A stretch of 64,000 nt of DNA from contig JBGAML010000002.1 in the NCBI GenBank assembly GCA_044223005.1, positions 160,001 through 224,000 of the forward strand, given 5' to 3'. Both the position numbers and the translations under genes were made by a program. This DNA is from Candidatus Eiseniibacteriota bacterium. GTDB taxonomy: Bacteria; Eisenbacteria; RBG-16-71-46. The notes under the pieces were generated by a model. The model worked only from the letters and a program-made list of their open reading frames with translations. It did no database searches and had not been told where the DNA came from. Below, piece by piece: positions 18,343-28,626 of the stretch. Position 1 is the first letter of the stretch. Each line of letters opens with the position of its first letter.

Positions 18343-19731
18343 ATGCGCCCGCTCCTCGCACTCGCCCTGCTGCTCGCATTCGCCGCCCCCGCGCGTGCCG
18401 CGGTGTCGCAGGCGTTCGTGTTCCAGACCGACTATTCCACCGGCAGCCTCAGCACGGTCGACCTCCCGGCGCGCACGACGCATTGCGACGTCACCTCCGT
18501 CGGCGCCGACGCCGCGATGCGCTGGTACGGCGGCCTGCTCTGCGTGGTGAACCGCGCGGGCGGCGACAACATCCAGGTGATCGATCCGTTCACGCACGGC
18601 ACGTTGCGGCAGTTCTCGGTGGGCGCGGGCTCGAACCCGCACGACATCGCGTTCGCGTCCGCGACCCACGCGTACGTGACGCGCTGGGAGAGCAACGACC
18701 TCTGGATCGTGAACCCCGTGACCGGAGCCAAGACCGGCCAGGTCTCGCTCGCCGCGTGGGCCGACGCCGACGGCCTGTGCGAGATGGATCGCATGATCGT
18801 CGTCGGCCCCTGGCTCTTCGTCTCGCTCGAGCGCATCGACCGCAACCACGGCTACGGGCCCGCGGACACGGCGCTGGTCGCGGTGGTCGACACGCGCGCC
18901 GACACGCTCGTCGACTGCGATCCGGCGCGGCCCGGCGTGCAGGCGATCCCGCTCCAGCTCCGCAATCCCTTCACGGCGTTCCAGTTCGATCGCGCCACCA
19001 GCCGGCTGCTGATCGGCTGCGTGGGGGTGTTCTCCGCGAACGACGGCGGCATCGAGCGGATCGATCCCACGGCACTGAAGAGCGACGGCGTCGCGATCAC
19101 CGAGGCCGCGCTGGGCGGTGACGTGAACGGCGTCGCGTGGAGCGATTCGGCGCACGCGTGGGCGATCGTCGCGACCGGCGGCGACACGCGGCTCGTCGCC
19201 TGGAGCGCGGCGACGCACGCCGTGACCGACACGCTGTGGGCGCCCGGCGGCTACTCGCTCACCGACGTGCAGTTCGACGACCGCGGCCAGGTCTGGGCGT
19301 GCGACGGGGACTTCGCGGCGCCGAAGCTGCGCGTGTTCTCGGCGGCCACCGGGCAGCCGGTCGGATCCGACATCGTGTGCACGCTGCCGCCGACGTCCGT
19401 GACCTTCGATGCGACGAGCGCCCAGGTGAGCGCGGTGCCCCCGGCCGCGCTTCCGGCGCTCGCGTGCACGCCCCCGGCGCCGAACCCCGCGCGCGCCGGG
19501 ACGCGGCTGGCGTTCACGCTCCCGCACGGTGCGCACGTGCGCGCGGAGGTGATGGACGCGCAGGGCCGCCGCGTGCGCACGCTCGCGGACGCGTACTGGC
19601 CCGCGGGCGCCGGCGCCCTGGCGTGGGATCTCGCGAGCGAGCGCGGCGATCGCGTCGCGCCCGGGATCTACCTCGTGCGGGTGCGCGCCGAGGGCGCGGA
19701 AGCCGTGCGGCGGGTGATCGTGTTGCCCTGA
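18343..19731 (+). CDS. Secreted YncE/BtuG-like beta-propeller with C-terminal FlgD-Ig/CTD-like domain
   Basis: SD GGAGG; signal peptide MRPLLALALLLAFAAPARA; propeller-type segments (VVNRAGGDNIQVIDP, GSNPHDIAF..AYVT); C-terminal PNPAR...DAQGRRVRTL...PGIYLVRV. Confidence 0.75.
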   Translation: MRPLLALALLLAFAAPARAAVSQAFVFQTDYSTGSLSTVDLPARTTHCDVTSVGADAAMRWYGGLLCVVNRAGGDNIQVIDPFTHGTLRQFSVGAGSNPHDIAFASATHAYVTRWESNDLWIVNPVTGAKTGQVSLAAWADADGLCEMDRMIVVGPWLFVSLERIDRNHGYGPADTALVAVVDTRADTLVDCDPARPGVQAIPLQLRNPFTAFQFDRATSRLLIGCVGVFSANDGGIERIDPTALKSDGVAITEAALGGDVNGVAWSDSAHAWAIVATGGDTRLVAWSAATHAVTDTLWAPGGYSLTDVQFDDRGQVWACDGDFAAPKLRVFSAATGQPVGSDIVCTLPPTSVTFDATSAQVSAVPPAALPALACTPPAPNPARAGTRLAFTLPHGAHVRAEVMDAQGRRVRTLADAYWPAGAGALAWDLASERGDRVAPGIYLVRVRAEGAEAVRRVIVLP

Positions 19732-19801
19732 GCGCGTGGCCCGGCGGCGGGCCGCCCGCTAAGATGCGGCGGTCCGCCGTCCGTCCACGCCGCGAGGTGC
19801 C

Positions 19802-21142
19802 ATGCCGCGCCGCCTGTTCCAGGTCCTGTTGCTGAACGCCGCACTCGCGTGCGCGCCGCACGCCGCGCACGCGGCCGCGCCTGCCGCCGCCGAATCCGTG
19901 TCGGCGCCGGTGCCGGCCGCGGCGGTCGCTGCGGCTCCGGCGCCGCCGGCGCGCGACTACCTCGCCGAGGCGCGCGCGTCGTTCACGCCCGCGAACCGCG
20001 CCTACAGCTCGGCGCGCGTGGTGGTGCTGCTCGCGGGTCCGCTCTACGGCGTGCTCTGCGGGCTGCTGCTCCTCTTCAGCGGGCTCTCGGCGCGCTTCCG
20101 CGATATCGCGCACGGGCTCGGCCACCGGCGCTACGTGCGCGTGCTCGTCTACTTCACGCTCTACGCGACGGCGATGTTCGTGCTCGGGCTGCCGCTCGCG
20201 TGGTACCAGGAGTACGCGCTCGAACACCGCTTCGGGCTCTCGACGCAGGGGCTCGGCGGCTGGCTGCTCGATGCGGTGAAGGGCCTCGTCACGCTCGTCG
20301 TGGGTCTCGGCGTACTGCCGCTGCTCGCGCTCGCGTGGCGCTCGGTCGAGCTCTCGCCCCGCCGCTGGTGGCTCTGGCTCGCGGCCGGCTGTGCGCCGGT
20401 GCTCGTGGCCGCGATGTTGCTCGAGCCGCTGGTCCTGGACCCGCTCTACAACCGCTTCACGCCGCTGCACGACCCCGGGCTGCGGACCGAGATCCTCGCT
20501 CTCGCGGGCCGCGCCGGCGTGCCCGCGCAGAACGTCTACCAGGTCGACATGGGTACGCGGACCCGGAAGCTCAACGCCTACGTGAACGGCTTCGGCAGTT
20601 CGCTGCGCGTCGTGCTGTGGGACACCACGCTGCGCGAGATGAAGCGGGACGAGATCCTGTTCGTCACCGCGCACGAGCTGGGGCACTACGCGCTCGGCCA
20701 CCCGTGGTGGGGACTCGTCTTCATGGTGCTCGCGGCGTTCCCGGGCCTGTGGCTCGCCGCGCGCGGGGCCCGGTTCCTCGTCGACCGCTTCGGTGAGGCC
20801 TGGGGAACCCGTGGAGTCGGAGACCTCGCGGCGTTTCCCGCCATCGCGCTCTCGCTGACGCTGGTCTCGCTCGCGGCGACGCCGGCGGTGAATGCGCTCT
20901 CGCGCAGTGTGGAGCACGCCGCCGACGTCTTCGCGCTCGACATGACGCACGACGGCGACGCGGCCCAGCGCGCGTTCCTCGCGCTGGCGCAGGGCAACCG
21001 TTCGAACCCCGAACCCTCCGCGCTCGTCCGGTTCCTGCTCTACGACCATCCCGCGCTGGCCGAGCGCATCCGCTTCGCGCGCGACTACCACCCGTGGAGC
21101 GAAGGCCGCCCCGGCCGCTACGACGCCCGCATCCGGCGCTGA
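19802..21142 (+). CDS. M48 (Ste24-like) membrane metallopeptidase
   Basis: NAYVNGFG, HELGH, SRSVEHAAD, HPALAERI; multiple TM helices. Confidence 0.92.
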   Translation: MPRRLFQVLLLNAALACAPHAAHAAAPAAAESVSAPVPAAAVAAAPAPPARDYLAEARASFTPANRAYSSARVVVLLAGPLYGVLCGLLLLFSGLSARFRDIAHGLGHRRYVRVLVYFTLYATAMFVLGLPLAWYQEYALEHRFGLSTQGLGGWLLDAVKGLVTLVVGLGVLPLLALAWRSVELSPRRWWLWLAAGCAPVLVAAMLLEPLVLDPLYNRFTPLHDPGLRTEILALAGRAGVPAQNVYQVDMGTRTRKLNAYVNGFGSSLRVVLWDTTLREMKRDEILFVTAHELGHYALGHPWWGLVFMVLAAFPGLWLAARGARFLVDRFGEAWGTRGVGDLAAFPAIALSLTLVSLAATPAVNALSRSVEHAADVFALDMTHDGDAAQRAFLALAQGNRSNPEPSALVRFLLYDHPALAERIRFARDYHPWSEGRPGRYDARIRR

Positions 21143-21188
21143 CTTCCGCCGGGTGGCGCGCGCCACGCCCGCCTCGTACCCTCGCGCC

Positions 21189-21881
21189 ATGACCGATCGC
21201 CCGCTCGTCTGGCTCTTCGACGTCGACGGTACGCTGCTCACCACCGAGAACGCCGGGCGCATGGCGCTCGCGGCGGGACTGCGCGAGCACTACGGGATCG
21301 ACGACGACCTCACCTCGATCCCCATGGCGGGCCGCACCGATCCGCTGATCCTCGGCGACGCGATGCGCAAGCACGGCATCGCGCCCGACGGCGAGGCCGA
21401 TCGCGCCGCGCTCTGGGCGGCGATCCTCGGGGCGATGGAGCGGCTCATGACGCCGCCGCGGGGCCGGCTGCTGCCGGGCGTCCACGCCGTGCTCGACCAT
21501 GTCGACGCGCGGCCGGGCTGGGTGCCGGCGCTGCTCACGGGCAACGTGCGGGAGATGGCGCGGCTCAAGCTGGGTGCGTTCGGCATCTGGGAGCGGTTCC
21601 GCTTCGGCGCGTTCGGCGACGACGCGGCCGATCGCGACGGCATCGCCCGCGTCGCGGTCGCGCGCGCGGCCGCGGCCTGCGGCGTGCCGCCCTCGCGTTG
21701 CGTCGTGGTGGGCGACACGGAGCTCGACATCGCCTGCGCCCGCGCCGCGGGTGCGCACGCGGTGGCGGTCGCGACCGGTGGACGGACCCGGGCACAGCTC
21801 GCGCCGCACGCGCCCGACCTGCTGCTCGACGATCTCGCGGACCCCGCGCCACTCGTCGATTGGGCGGCGGCGCTCGACTGA
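21189..21881 (+). CDS. HAD-superfamily hydrolase (phosphoglycolate phosphatase-like)
   Basis: LFDVDGTLL, LLTGN, VVVGDTELDI. Confidence 0.88.
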   Translation: MTDRPLVWLFDVDGTLLTTENAGRMALAAGLREHYGIDDDLTSIPMAGRTDPLILGDAMRKHGIAPDGEADRAALWAAILGAMERLMTPPRGRLLPGVHAVLDHVDARPGWVPALLTGNVREMARLKLGAFGIWERFRFGAFGDDAADRDGIARVAVARAAAACGVPPSRCVVVGDTELDIACARAAGAHAVAVATGGRTRAQLAPHAPDLLLDDLADPAPLVDWAAALD

Positions 21882-21897
21882 CGGCGCGCCCGGGCGA

Positions 21898-22512
21898 TCA
21901 GGCGTCGAACCGGATCCCGTCCCAGGATTCACAGCGCAGGTCCTCGCCGTGCAGTCGGGCCTCGACCCGCGACGCGTAGCCGAGCGGGTGCGCCGCGACG
22001 AAGGCCGGGTCGAGGTTCTCCATCACCTCCGGCAGCGCCTGGGCGAACGTGCCGGCGTGCCCGACGAGCACCACGGTCACGTCGTGGCGGCCGTACTCGT
22101 CGATCATGCGCTGCACGAACGGCACGAACCGCGCGAGGATGTCCTCCCGGCTCTCGCCGCGCGGCATGCGAGTCTCGGACGCCCCGTTGCGCCAGCGCGC
22201 CTCGAGCGCCGCGACCATCTTGCCGCCCTCGTGGTACGGGCGGCCCTCGAGCAGCCCCAGCTGGTACTCCGACAGCGCGGGCTCGGCGTCGATCGGGACC
22301 TCGAGCCGGGCCGCGATCGCCTGCGCGGTTTCGGCCGCGCGCTGGAGCGGGCTGCTGAACACCACGACGACGCCTGTGCCGGCGAGCGACTCCGCGACGA
22401 GACGGGCCTGCTCGCGGCCGGCCGCGGTGAGCGGGTGCTTCCAGCCGGTGTTGGAGTAGACCTGCTGGACGTTCGCTTCGCTCTCGCCGTGACGAACGAA
22501 GACGATGCGCAT
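21898..22512 (-). CDS. Histidine phosphatase family protein
   Basis: VRHGESEAN, SSPLQRAAETA, LVGHAG. Confidence 0.88.
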   Translation of the reverse strand: MRIVFVRHGESEANVQQVYSNTGWKHPLTAAGREQARLVAESLAGTGVVVVFSSPLQRAAETAQAIAARLEVPIDAEPALSEYQLGLLEGRPYHEGGKMVAALEARWRNGASETRMPRGESREDILARFVPFVQRMIDEYGRHDVTVVLVGHAGTFAQALPEVMENLDPAFVAAHPLGYASRVEARLHGEDLRCESWDGIRFDA

Positions 22513-22537
22513 GGGGAGGGGGCGACCGGCGCGAGCG

Positions 22538-23161
22538 CTAGAGGTCGCCCTCGCTCTCGCGCCGCGCGGCCTCGGCCTCGAAGAACGCGAGCGCGTCGTC
22601 CAGGTTCTGCGCGATCGCGGCGCCCTCGAACTCGCGGCGCAACGCGTCGACCGGGCGGTAGAGCACCGGGAAGTCGCACGAGCGCAGGAGCGAGAAGTCG
22701 TTCATCGAATCGCCCATCGCCGCGACCTTGAAGCCGGCGAGCTTGAAGCCCGACACGATCCGCTCCTTCTGGCCGCGGATGCGCAGGCGGATGCCGCGGA
22801 TCTTCCCGTCGCCGTCGAGGTCGAAGCGGTTGGCGAACAGGTTCACGCCACCGAGCTTCGCCGCGAGCGGGTCGGCCAGTTCGTGGAACGTGTCCGAGAT
22901 GATCACCACGTTGCCCATGGCCCGCAGCCGGGCGATGAACTCCCGGGCGCCCAGGTAGGGCTCGACCGCGTGGGCGAGGTTCTGCAGGTCGGCGAGCTTG
23001 AGCCCCGCGGTCGCCGCGGCCTGGACGCGCCGGCGCATCAGTTCGTCGAAGTCGCCGATGTCGCGGGTGGTGAAATTGAACTCGCGGACGCCGAAGTGCG
23101 CGCCCAGGACAGGCCAGATTTCGGGTGCCAGGCACCCTTCGAGATCGAGGGCGAAGATCAT
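22538..23161 (-). CDS. thrH: Phosphoserine phosphatase/homoserine phosphotransferase ThrH
   Basis: DLEGCLAPEIW, TTRDIGDFDELM, IISDTF, GDSMND. Confidence 0.88.
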   Translation of the reverse strand: MIFALDLEGCLAPEIWPVLGAHFGVREFNFTTRDIGDFDELMRRRVQAAATAGLKLADLQNLAHAVEPYLGAREFIARLRAMGNVVIISDTFHELADPLAAKLGGVNLFANRFDLDGDGKIRGIRLRIRGQKERIVSGFKLAGFKVAAMGDSMNDFSLLRSCDFPVLYRPVDALRREFEGAAIAQNLDDALAFFEAEAARRESEGDL

Positions 23162-23243
23162 GGGCCCGGCACGCTAGCAGGGGCACCCGGGCCGGTCCAG
23201 CCGGTCGCCGCGGGACGACGGGTGGATGCCGAATGAATTACAG

Positions 23244-23272
23244 TTGCCAAGCGCCAGCGCCGAAAATATACT
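23244..23272 (+). promoter_or_regulatory. Sigma70-type promoter of lrp-lat, probably leaderless
   Basis: TTGCCA-N17-TATACT, 6 nt before ATG 23279, no SD. Confidence 0.7.
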
Positions 23273-23278
23273 CGTCAC

Positions 23279-23772
23279 ATGCTCAAGAAGCCGAAAGAAT
23301 ACCAACCGCTCGACGCGAAGGACCGGCGCATCCTGCAGATCGTGCAGCGCGACGGTTCGCTCGCGCAGGCGGAGATCGCGAAGAAGGTGGGGCTCTCGAC
23401 GGCCGCGGTGAACGAGCGGCTGCGCAAGCTCGAGGCCTCCGGCGTGATCCGCCGCTGGGCGGCGCTCGTGACGCCGGCGGCCGTCGGCGCGGGCGTCACG
23501 GCGTTCGTCGAGATCTTCATGGAGCATCCGCGGTTCGAGGCCTCGTTCCTCAAGAAAGTGGGCTCGCTCGACGAAGTGCTCGAATGCCATCACGTCACCG
23601 GCGAGTTCTCGCTGCTGCTCAAGGTGCGCGTGGCGGACATGGAATCCCTGCAGGACCTGCTGCTGGAACAACTCGGCGCGCACGAGGGGGTCCGCCAGAC
23701 CCGCACGGTGATCGCGCTGTCGACCGTCAAGGAAGAGACCTACGTGAACCCCATCGCCCGGGGAGGTGACGC

Positions 23773-23776
<4 letters not shown>
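23279..23776 (+). CDS. Lrp/AsnC family transcriptional regulator
   Basis: LDAKDRRILQIVQRDG HTH, ERLRKLE..GVI, ECHHVTGEF. Confidence 0.93.
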
Positions 23777-25110
<1,334 letters not shown>

Positions 25111-25162
25111 CACCGCTGGCGTTCCGGACCGCCGCGTTCGTCGGCGAATCCCATGTCGCGCT

Positions 25163-25192
25163 CGAGGGGGGCATGCTAGCGTGCCCCCCTCG
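25163..25192. terminator. GC-rich hairpin downstream of lat (possible terminator)
   Basis: CGAGGGGGGCA...TGCCCCCCTCG inverted repeat; weak U-tract. Confidence 0.45.
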
Positions 25193-25231
25193 TTCACGTC
25201 CGGGATTCGGCTCGAGTATCGCGAGGGGAAC

Positions 25232-28200
25232 ATGCGCAGGTCGCTTCGGCGCTTCGGCGCCGCGTGGTTCGTTGTCGGTGTCGCCGGTGTGCTCGTCCTG
25301 CCGCTCCTCGCGTTCGCCGACGGTGGCGACCCCGACGACCGGCCCATGGCGCCGGGCACCGCGCCGTCGTCGGGCGCGAACGCGCCGGCGGTGCACCCGG
25401 ATCCGAAGTGGAACGTGAACGACCCGCCCGGTCCCCACCACGACGCCACGCTCGACGTGAAGACGGGCACGTGGATGGCGCTCGACGTGAGCCCCGACGG
25501 GCGCGAGATCGTCTTCGACCTGATGGGCGACCTCTACGTGATCCCGTTCGCGGGCGGCGAGGCGAAGGCGCTGACGCACGGCATGGCGTGGGACGAGCAG
25601 CCGCGCTTCAGCCCCGACGGCCGGCACATCGCGTTCACGAGCGATCGCAACGGCGGCGACAACATCTGGGTGATGGATCGCGACGGCTCGCACCCGCGCG
25701 CGGTGACGCAGGAGACGTTCCGGCTGCTCAACAGTCCCGCGTGGTCACCCGACGGGCAATACCTGGTCGCGCGCAAACACTTCACGTCCACGCGCTCGGC
25801 GGGCGCGGGGGAGATGTGGCTCTACCACTGGACGGGCGGTGACGGCGTGCCGATGACGAAGCGCCGCACGGAGCAGAAGGACGAAGGCGAACCGGCCTTC
25901 TCGCCCGACGGCCGCTGGCTCTACTGGAGCATGGACGCCACGCCGGGAACGAGCTTCGAATACAACAAGGACGGCAACGGCCAGATCTACGTCGTGCAGC
26001 GGCTCGACCGCGAGAGCGGTGAGATCAGGCAGGTGCTGGGAGGCCCCGGCGGCGCGTGCCGCCCGACGCCGTCGCCCGACGGCAGGAGCCTCGCGTTCGT
26101 CCGCCGCGTGCGCGGGCAGAGCGTGCTCTGGGTCGCCGACCTCGCCTCGGGGCTCGAGCGCCCGGTGTACGGCCACATGGAGCGCGACCTGCAGGAGATC
26201 TGGGCCATGCACGGCACGTATCCCGGCATCGCCTGGACGCCCGACTCGCGCTCGCTCGTGTTCTGGGCGGGCGGCGGCATCCACCGCGTCGACGTCGCGA
26301 CGCTCGCCGTCACGGACGTTCCGTTCCACGTGCGCGACACGCGGCGCGTCGACGACGCCGTCCGTTTCGCCACCGCGGTCGCGCCCGACTCGATGCACAC
26401 GCACATGCTGCGCTGGCTCACGGTCTCGCCGCAGGGCGATCGCGTCGCCTACTCGGCGCTGGGCCGCATCTGGGTGAAGGCGGTGCCGAACGGCGCGCCG
26501 CGGCGGCTCACGGCGCAGGAGAGCGACTGGGAGTTCTATCCCGCGTGGTCGCGCGACGGGGGCAGCCTCGTGTACGTCACGTGGAACGACTCGACGCTCG
26601 GCCGCGTGTGCGTGGCGCCCGCGAGCGGTGGTGCGGGCCGCACCGTGACGACGCAACCCGGTCACTACGTCGAGCCGGCGTTCTCGCCCGACGGCCGCAC
26701 GATCGTCTACCGCGCGATCGGTGGTGGCGGGCTCTTCTCGACGCTCTGGACCGCCGAGCAGGGCATCTTCCGCGTGGACGCCGCGGGCGGACCGGCGCGC
26801 CTCGTCACGCGCAAGGGGCAGTGGCCGCACTTCGGCGCCGCGAACGACCGCGTCTACCTGGTGAGCGTCGAAGGCGCGGACGAGGACGACCGCACGCTGT
26901 TCAGCGTCGGGCTCGACGGCACCAAGGAGCACGCGCACCTGAAGGGCGTCTACTTCACCGAGGCACGGCTCTCGCCCGATGAGCGCTGGATCGCGTTCCG
27001 CGAGAAGTACAAGCTGTGGGTGGCGCCGTTCACGCGTGCCGGCCGCACGATCGACGTGGGCCCGGGCATGCGCGACCTGCCGGTCAAGCTCGTCTCGCGC
27101 GACGCGGGCGACTGGCTGTCGTGGTCCGGCGACTCCAAGTCGCTGCACTGGGGCCTGGGCTCCGCGCTCTACACGCGCGACCTGCGCGAGCTCTTCACGT
27201 TCGCGCCCGGCGCGCCCGACTCGATCGTCGAGACGCCGGCACGCGGACAGGACGTGGGCTTCACGTTCGCGCTCGACAAGCCCGCGGGCACGATCGTGTT
27301 GACCCACGCGCGGGCGATCACCATGCGCGGCGACGAGGTGCTCTCGGACGCGACGATCGTCGTGACGGGCAATCGCATCGCGGCGATCGGGCCCGGTGGC
27401 TCGGTGGCGGTGCCGGCGGGAGCGAAGGTGTTCGACCTGGGCGGCCGCACCGTGACGCCCGGTTTCGTGGACTGCCACTGGCACGGCGGCATGGGCACCG
27501 AACAACTCGTGCCCCAGCGCTCGTGGATCGACTACGCGTCGCTCGCCTTCGGTGTCACGACGCTCCACGATCCGAGCAACGACTCGGGCGAGATCTTCAC
27601 GCAGGGCGAGATGCAGCGCGCGGGGCTGATCGTCGCGCCGCGCATCTTCTCGACCGGCACGATCCTCTACGGCGCCAAGGGGGACTTCCGCGCCGACGTG
27701 GACTCGCTGGGCGACGCGGTGATGCACCTGCGCCGCATGCAGGCGTACGGTGCGAACAGCGTGAAGAGCTACAACCAGCCGCGGCGCGACCAGCGCCAGC
27801 AGGTGCTCGAGGCCGCGCGCCAGCTGCACATGAACGTCGTCCCCGAGGGTGGCGCGCTCTACCCGCACAACATGACCATGGTGATCGACGGCCACACCGG
27901 CGTCGAGCACGCGCTGCCGATCGCGAACTTCTACGACGACGTGGTGCAGCTCTGGAGCCAGACGAAGGTGGGCTGGACGCCGACGTTCAACGTCGCCTAC
28001 GGCGGACTCGACGGCGAACACTACTGGTACGCCAAGACCGACGTCTGGGCCGACGAACGGCTGCAGGCGTTCGTGCCGCGCCGCACGCTCGACGCGCGCG
28101 CCCGCCGGCCGCAGACCGCGCCGGACAACGAGTGGAATCACATCGCCGTCGCCCGCGAGGCCGCGCAGTTGCACCGTGCGGGCGTGGGCATCCAGGTCGG

Positions 28201-28549
28201 CGCCCACGGCCAGCGCGAAGGCCTCGGCACGCACTGGGACATCTGGAGCATGGTGCAGGGCGGCATGACGCCGCTCGAGGCGTTGCACTGCGCCACGATC
28301 GGCGGTGCGGCGTACCTGGGCTACGACCGCGAGATCGGCTCGCTCGAGCCGGGCAAGCTCGCCGACCTCGTGATCATGGATCGCGACCCGCTCGCCGACA
28401 TCCGCAACACCGAGTCGATCTCCCGCGTCATGGTGAACGGCCGGCTCTACGACGCGGCGCGCATGGACGAGATCGCGCCGCGCTCGAAGCCGCGCGGCTC
28501 GTTCTGGTGGGAGGCGCAGCAGCGGCAGGAGAAGGCGGTCTTGAGGTAG
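25232..28549 (+). CDS. Secreted PD40 (TolB-like) repeat + amidohydrolase fusion protein
   Basis: Signal peptide; repeated P.FSPDG motifs; PGFVDCHWH metal motif; GSLEPGKLADLV. Confidence 0.9.
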   Translation: MRRSLRRFGAAWFVVGVAGVLVLPLLAFADGGDPDDRPMAPGTAPSSGANAPAVHPDPKWNVNDPPGPHHDATLDVKTGTWMALDVSPDGREIVFDLMGDLYVIPFAGGEAKALTHGMAWDEQPRFSPDGRHIAFTSDRNGGDNIWVMDRDGSHPRAVTQETFRLLNSPAWSPDGQYLVARKHFTSTRSAGAGEMWLYHWTGGDGVPMTKRRTEQKDEGEPAFSPDGRWLYWSMDATPGTSFEYNKDGNGQIYVVQRLDRESGEIRQVLGGPGGACRPTPSPDGRSLAFVRRVRGQSVLWVADLASGLERPVYGHMERDLQEIWAMHGTYPGIAWTPDSRSLVFWAGGGIHRVDVATLAVTDVPFHVRDTRRVDDAVRFATAVAPDSMHTHMLRWLTVSPQGDRVAYSALGRIWVKAVPNGAPRRLTAQESDWEFYPAWSRDGGSLVYVTWNDSTLGRVCVAPASGGAGRTVTTQPGHYVEPAFSPDGRTIVYRAIGGGGLFSTLWTAEQGIFRVDAAGGPARLVTRKGQWPHFGAANDRVYLVSVEGADEDDRTLFSVGLDGTKEHAHLKGVYFTEARLSPDERWIAFREKYKLWVAPFTRAGRTIDVGPGMRDLPVKLVSRDAGDWLSWSGDSKSLHWGLGSALYTRDLRELFTFAPGAPDSIVETPARGQDVGFTFALDKPAGTIVLTHARAITMRGDEVLSDATIVVTGNRIAAIGPGGSVAVPAGAKVFDLGGRTVTPGFVDCHWHGGMGTEQLVPQRSWIDYASLAFGVTTLHDPSNDSGEIFTQGEMQRAGLIVAPRIFSTGTILYGAKGDFRADVDSLGDAVMHLRRMQAYGANSVKSYNQPRRDQRQQVLEAARQLHMNVVPEGGALYPHNMTMVIDGHTGVEHALPIANFYDDVVQLWSQTKVGWTPTFNVAYGGLDGEHYWYAKTDVWADERLQAFVPRRTLDARARRPQTAPDNEWNHIAVAREAAQLHRAGVGIQVGAHGQREGLGTHWDIWSMVQGGMTPLEALHCATIGGAAYLGYDREIGSLEPGKLADLVIMDRDPLADIRNTESISRVMVNGRLYDAARMDEIAPRSKPRGSFWWEAQQRQEKAVLR

Positions 28550-28626
28550 GCGCCGCGCCGCCCGCGACGCTCGAGGCCGCCCCGGGGCATCGCCACCGGA
28601 GCGGCCTCGCGTGTAGAGTGCCGCGC

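Noticed and set aside
27016..28626. N-terminal half of the 1034-aa ORF
   Set aside because: Shadow frame over the amidohydrolase; the real protein starts at ATG 28627.
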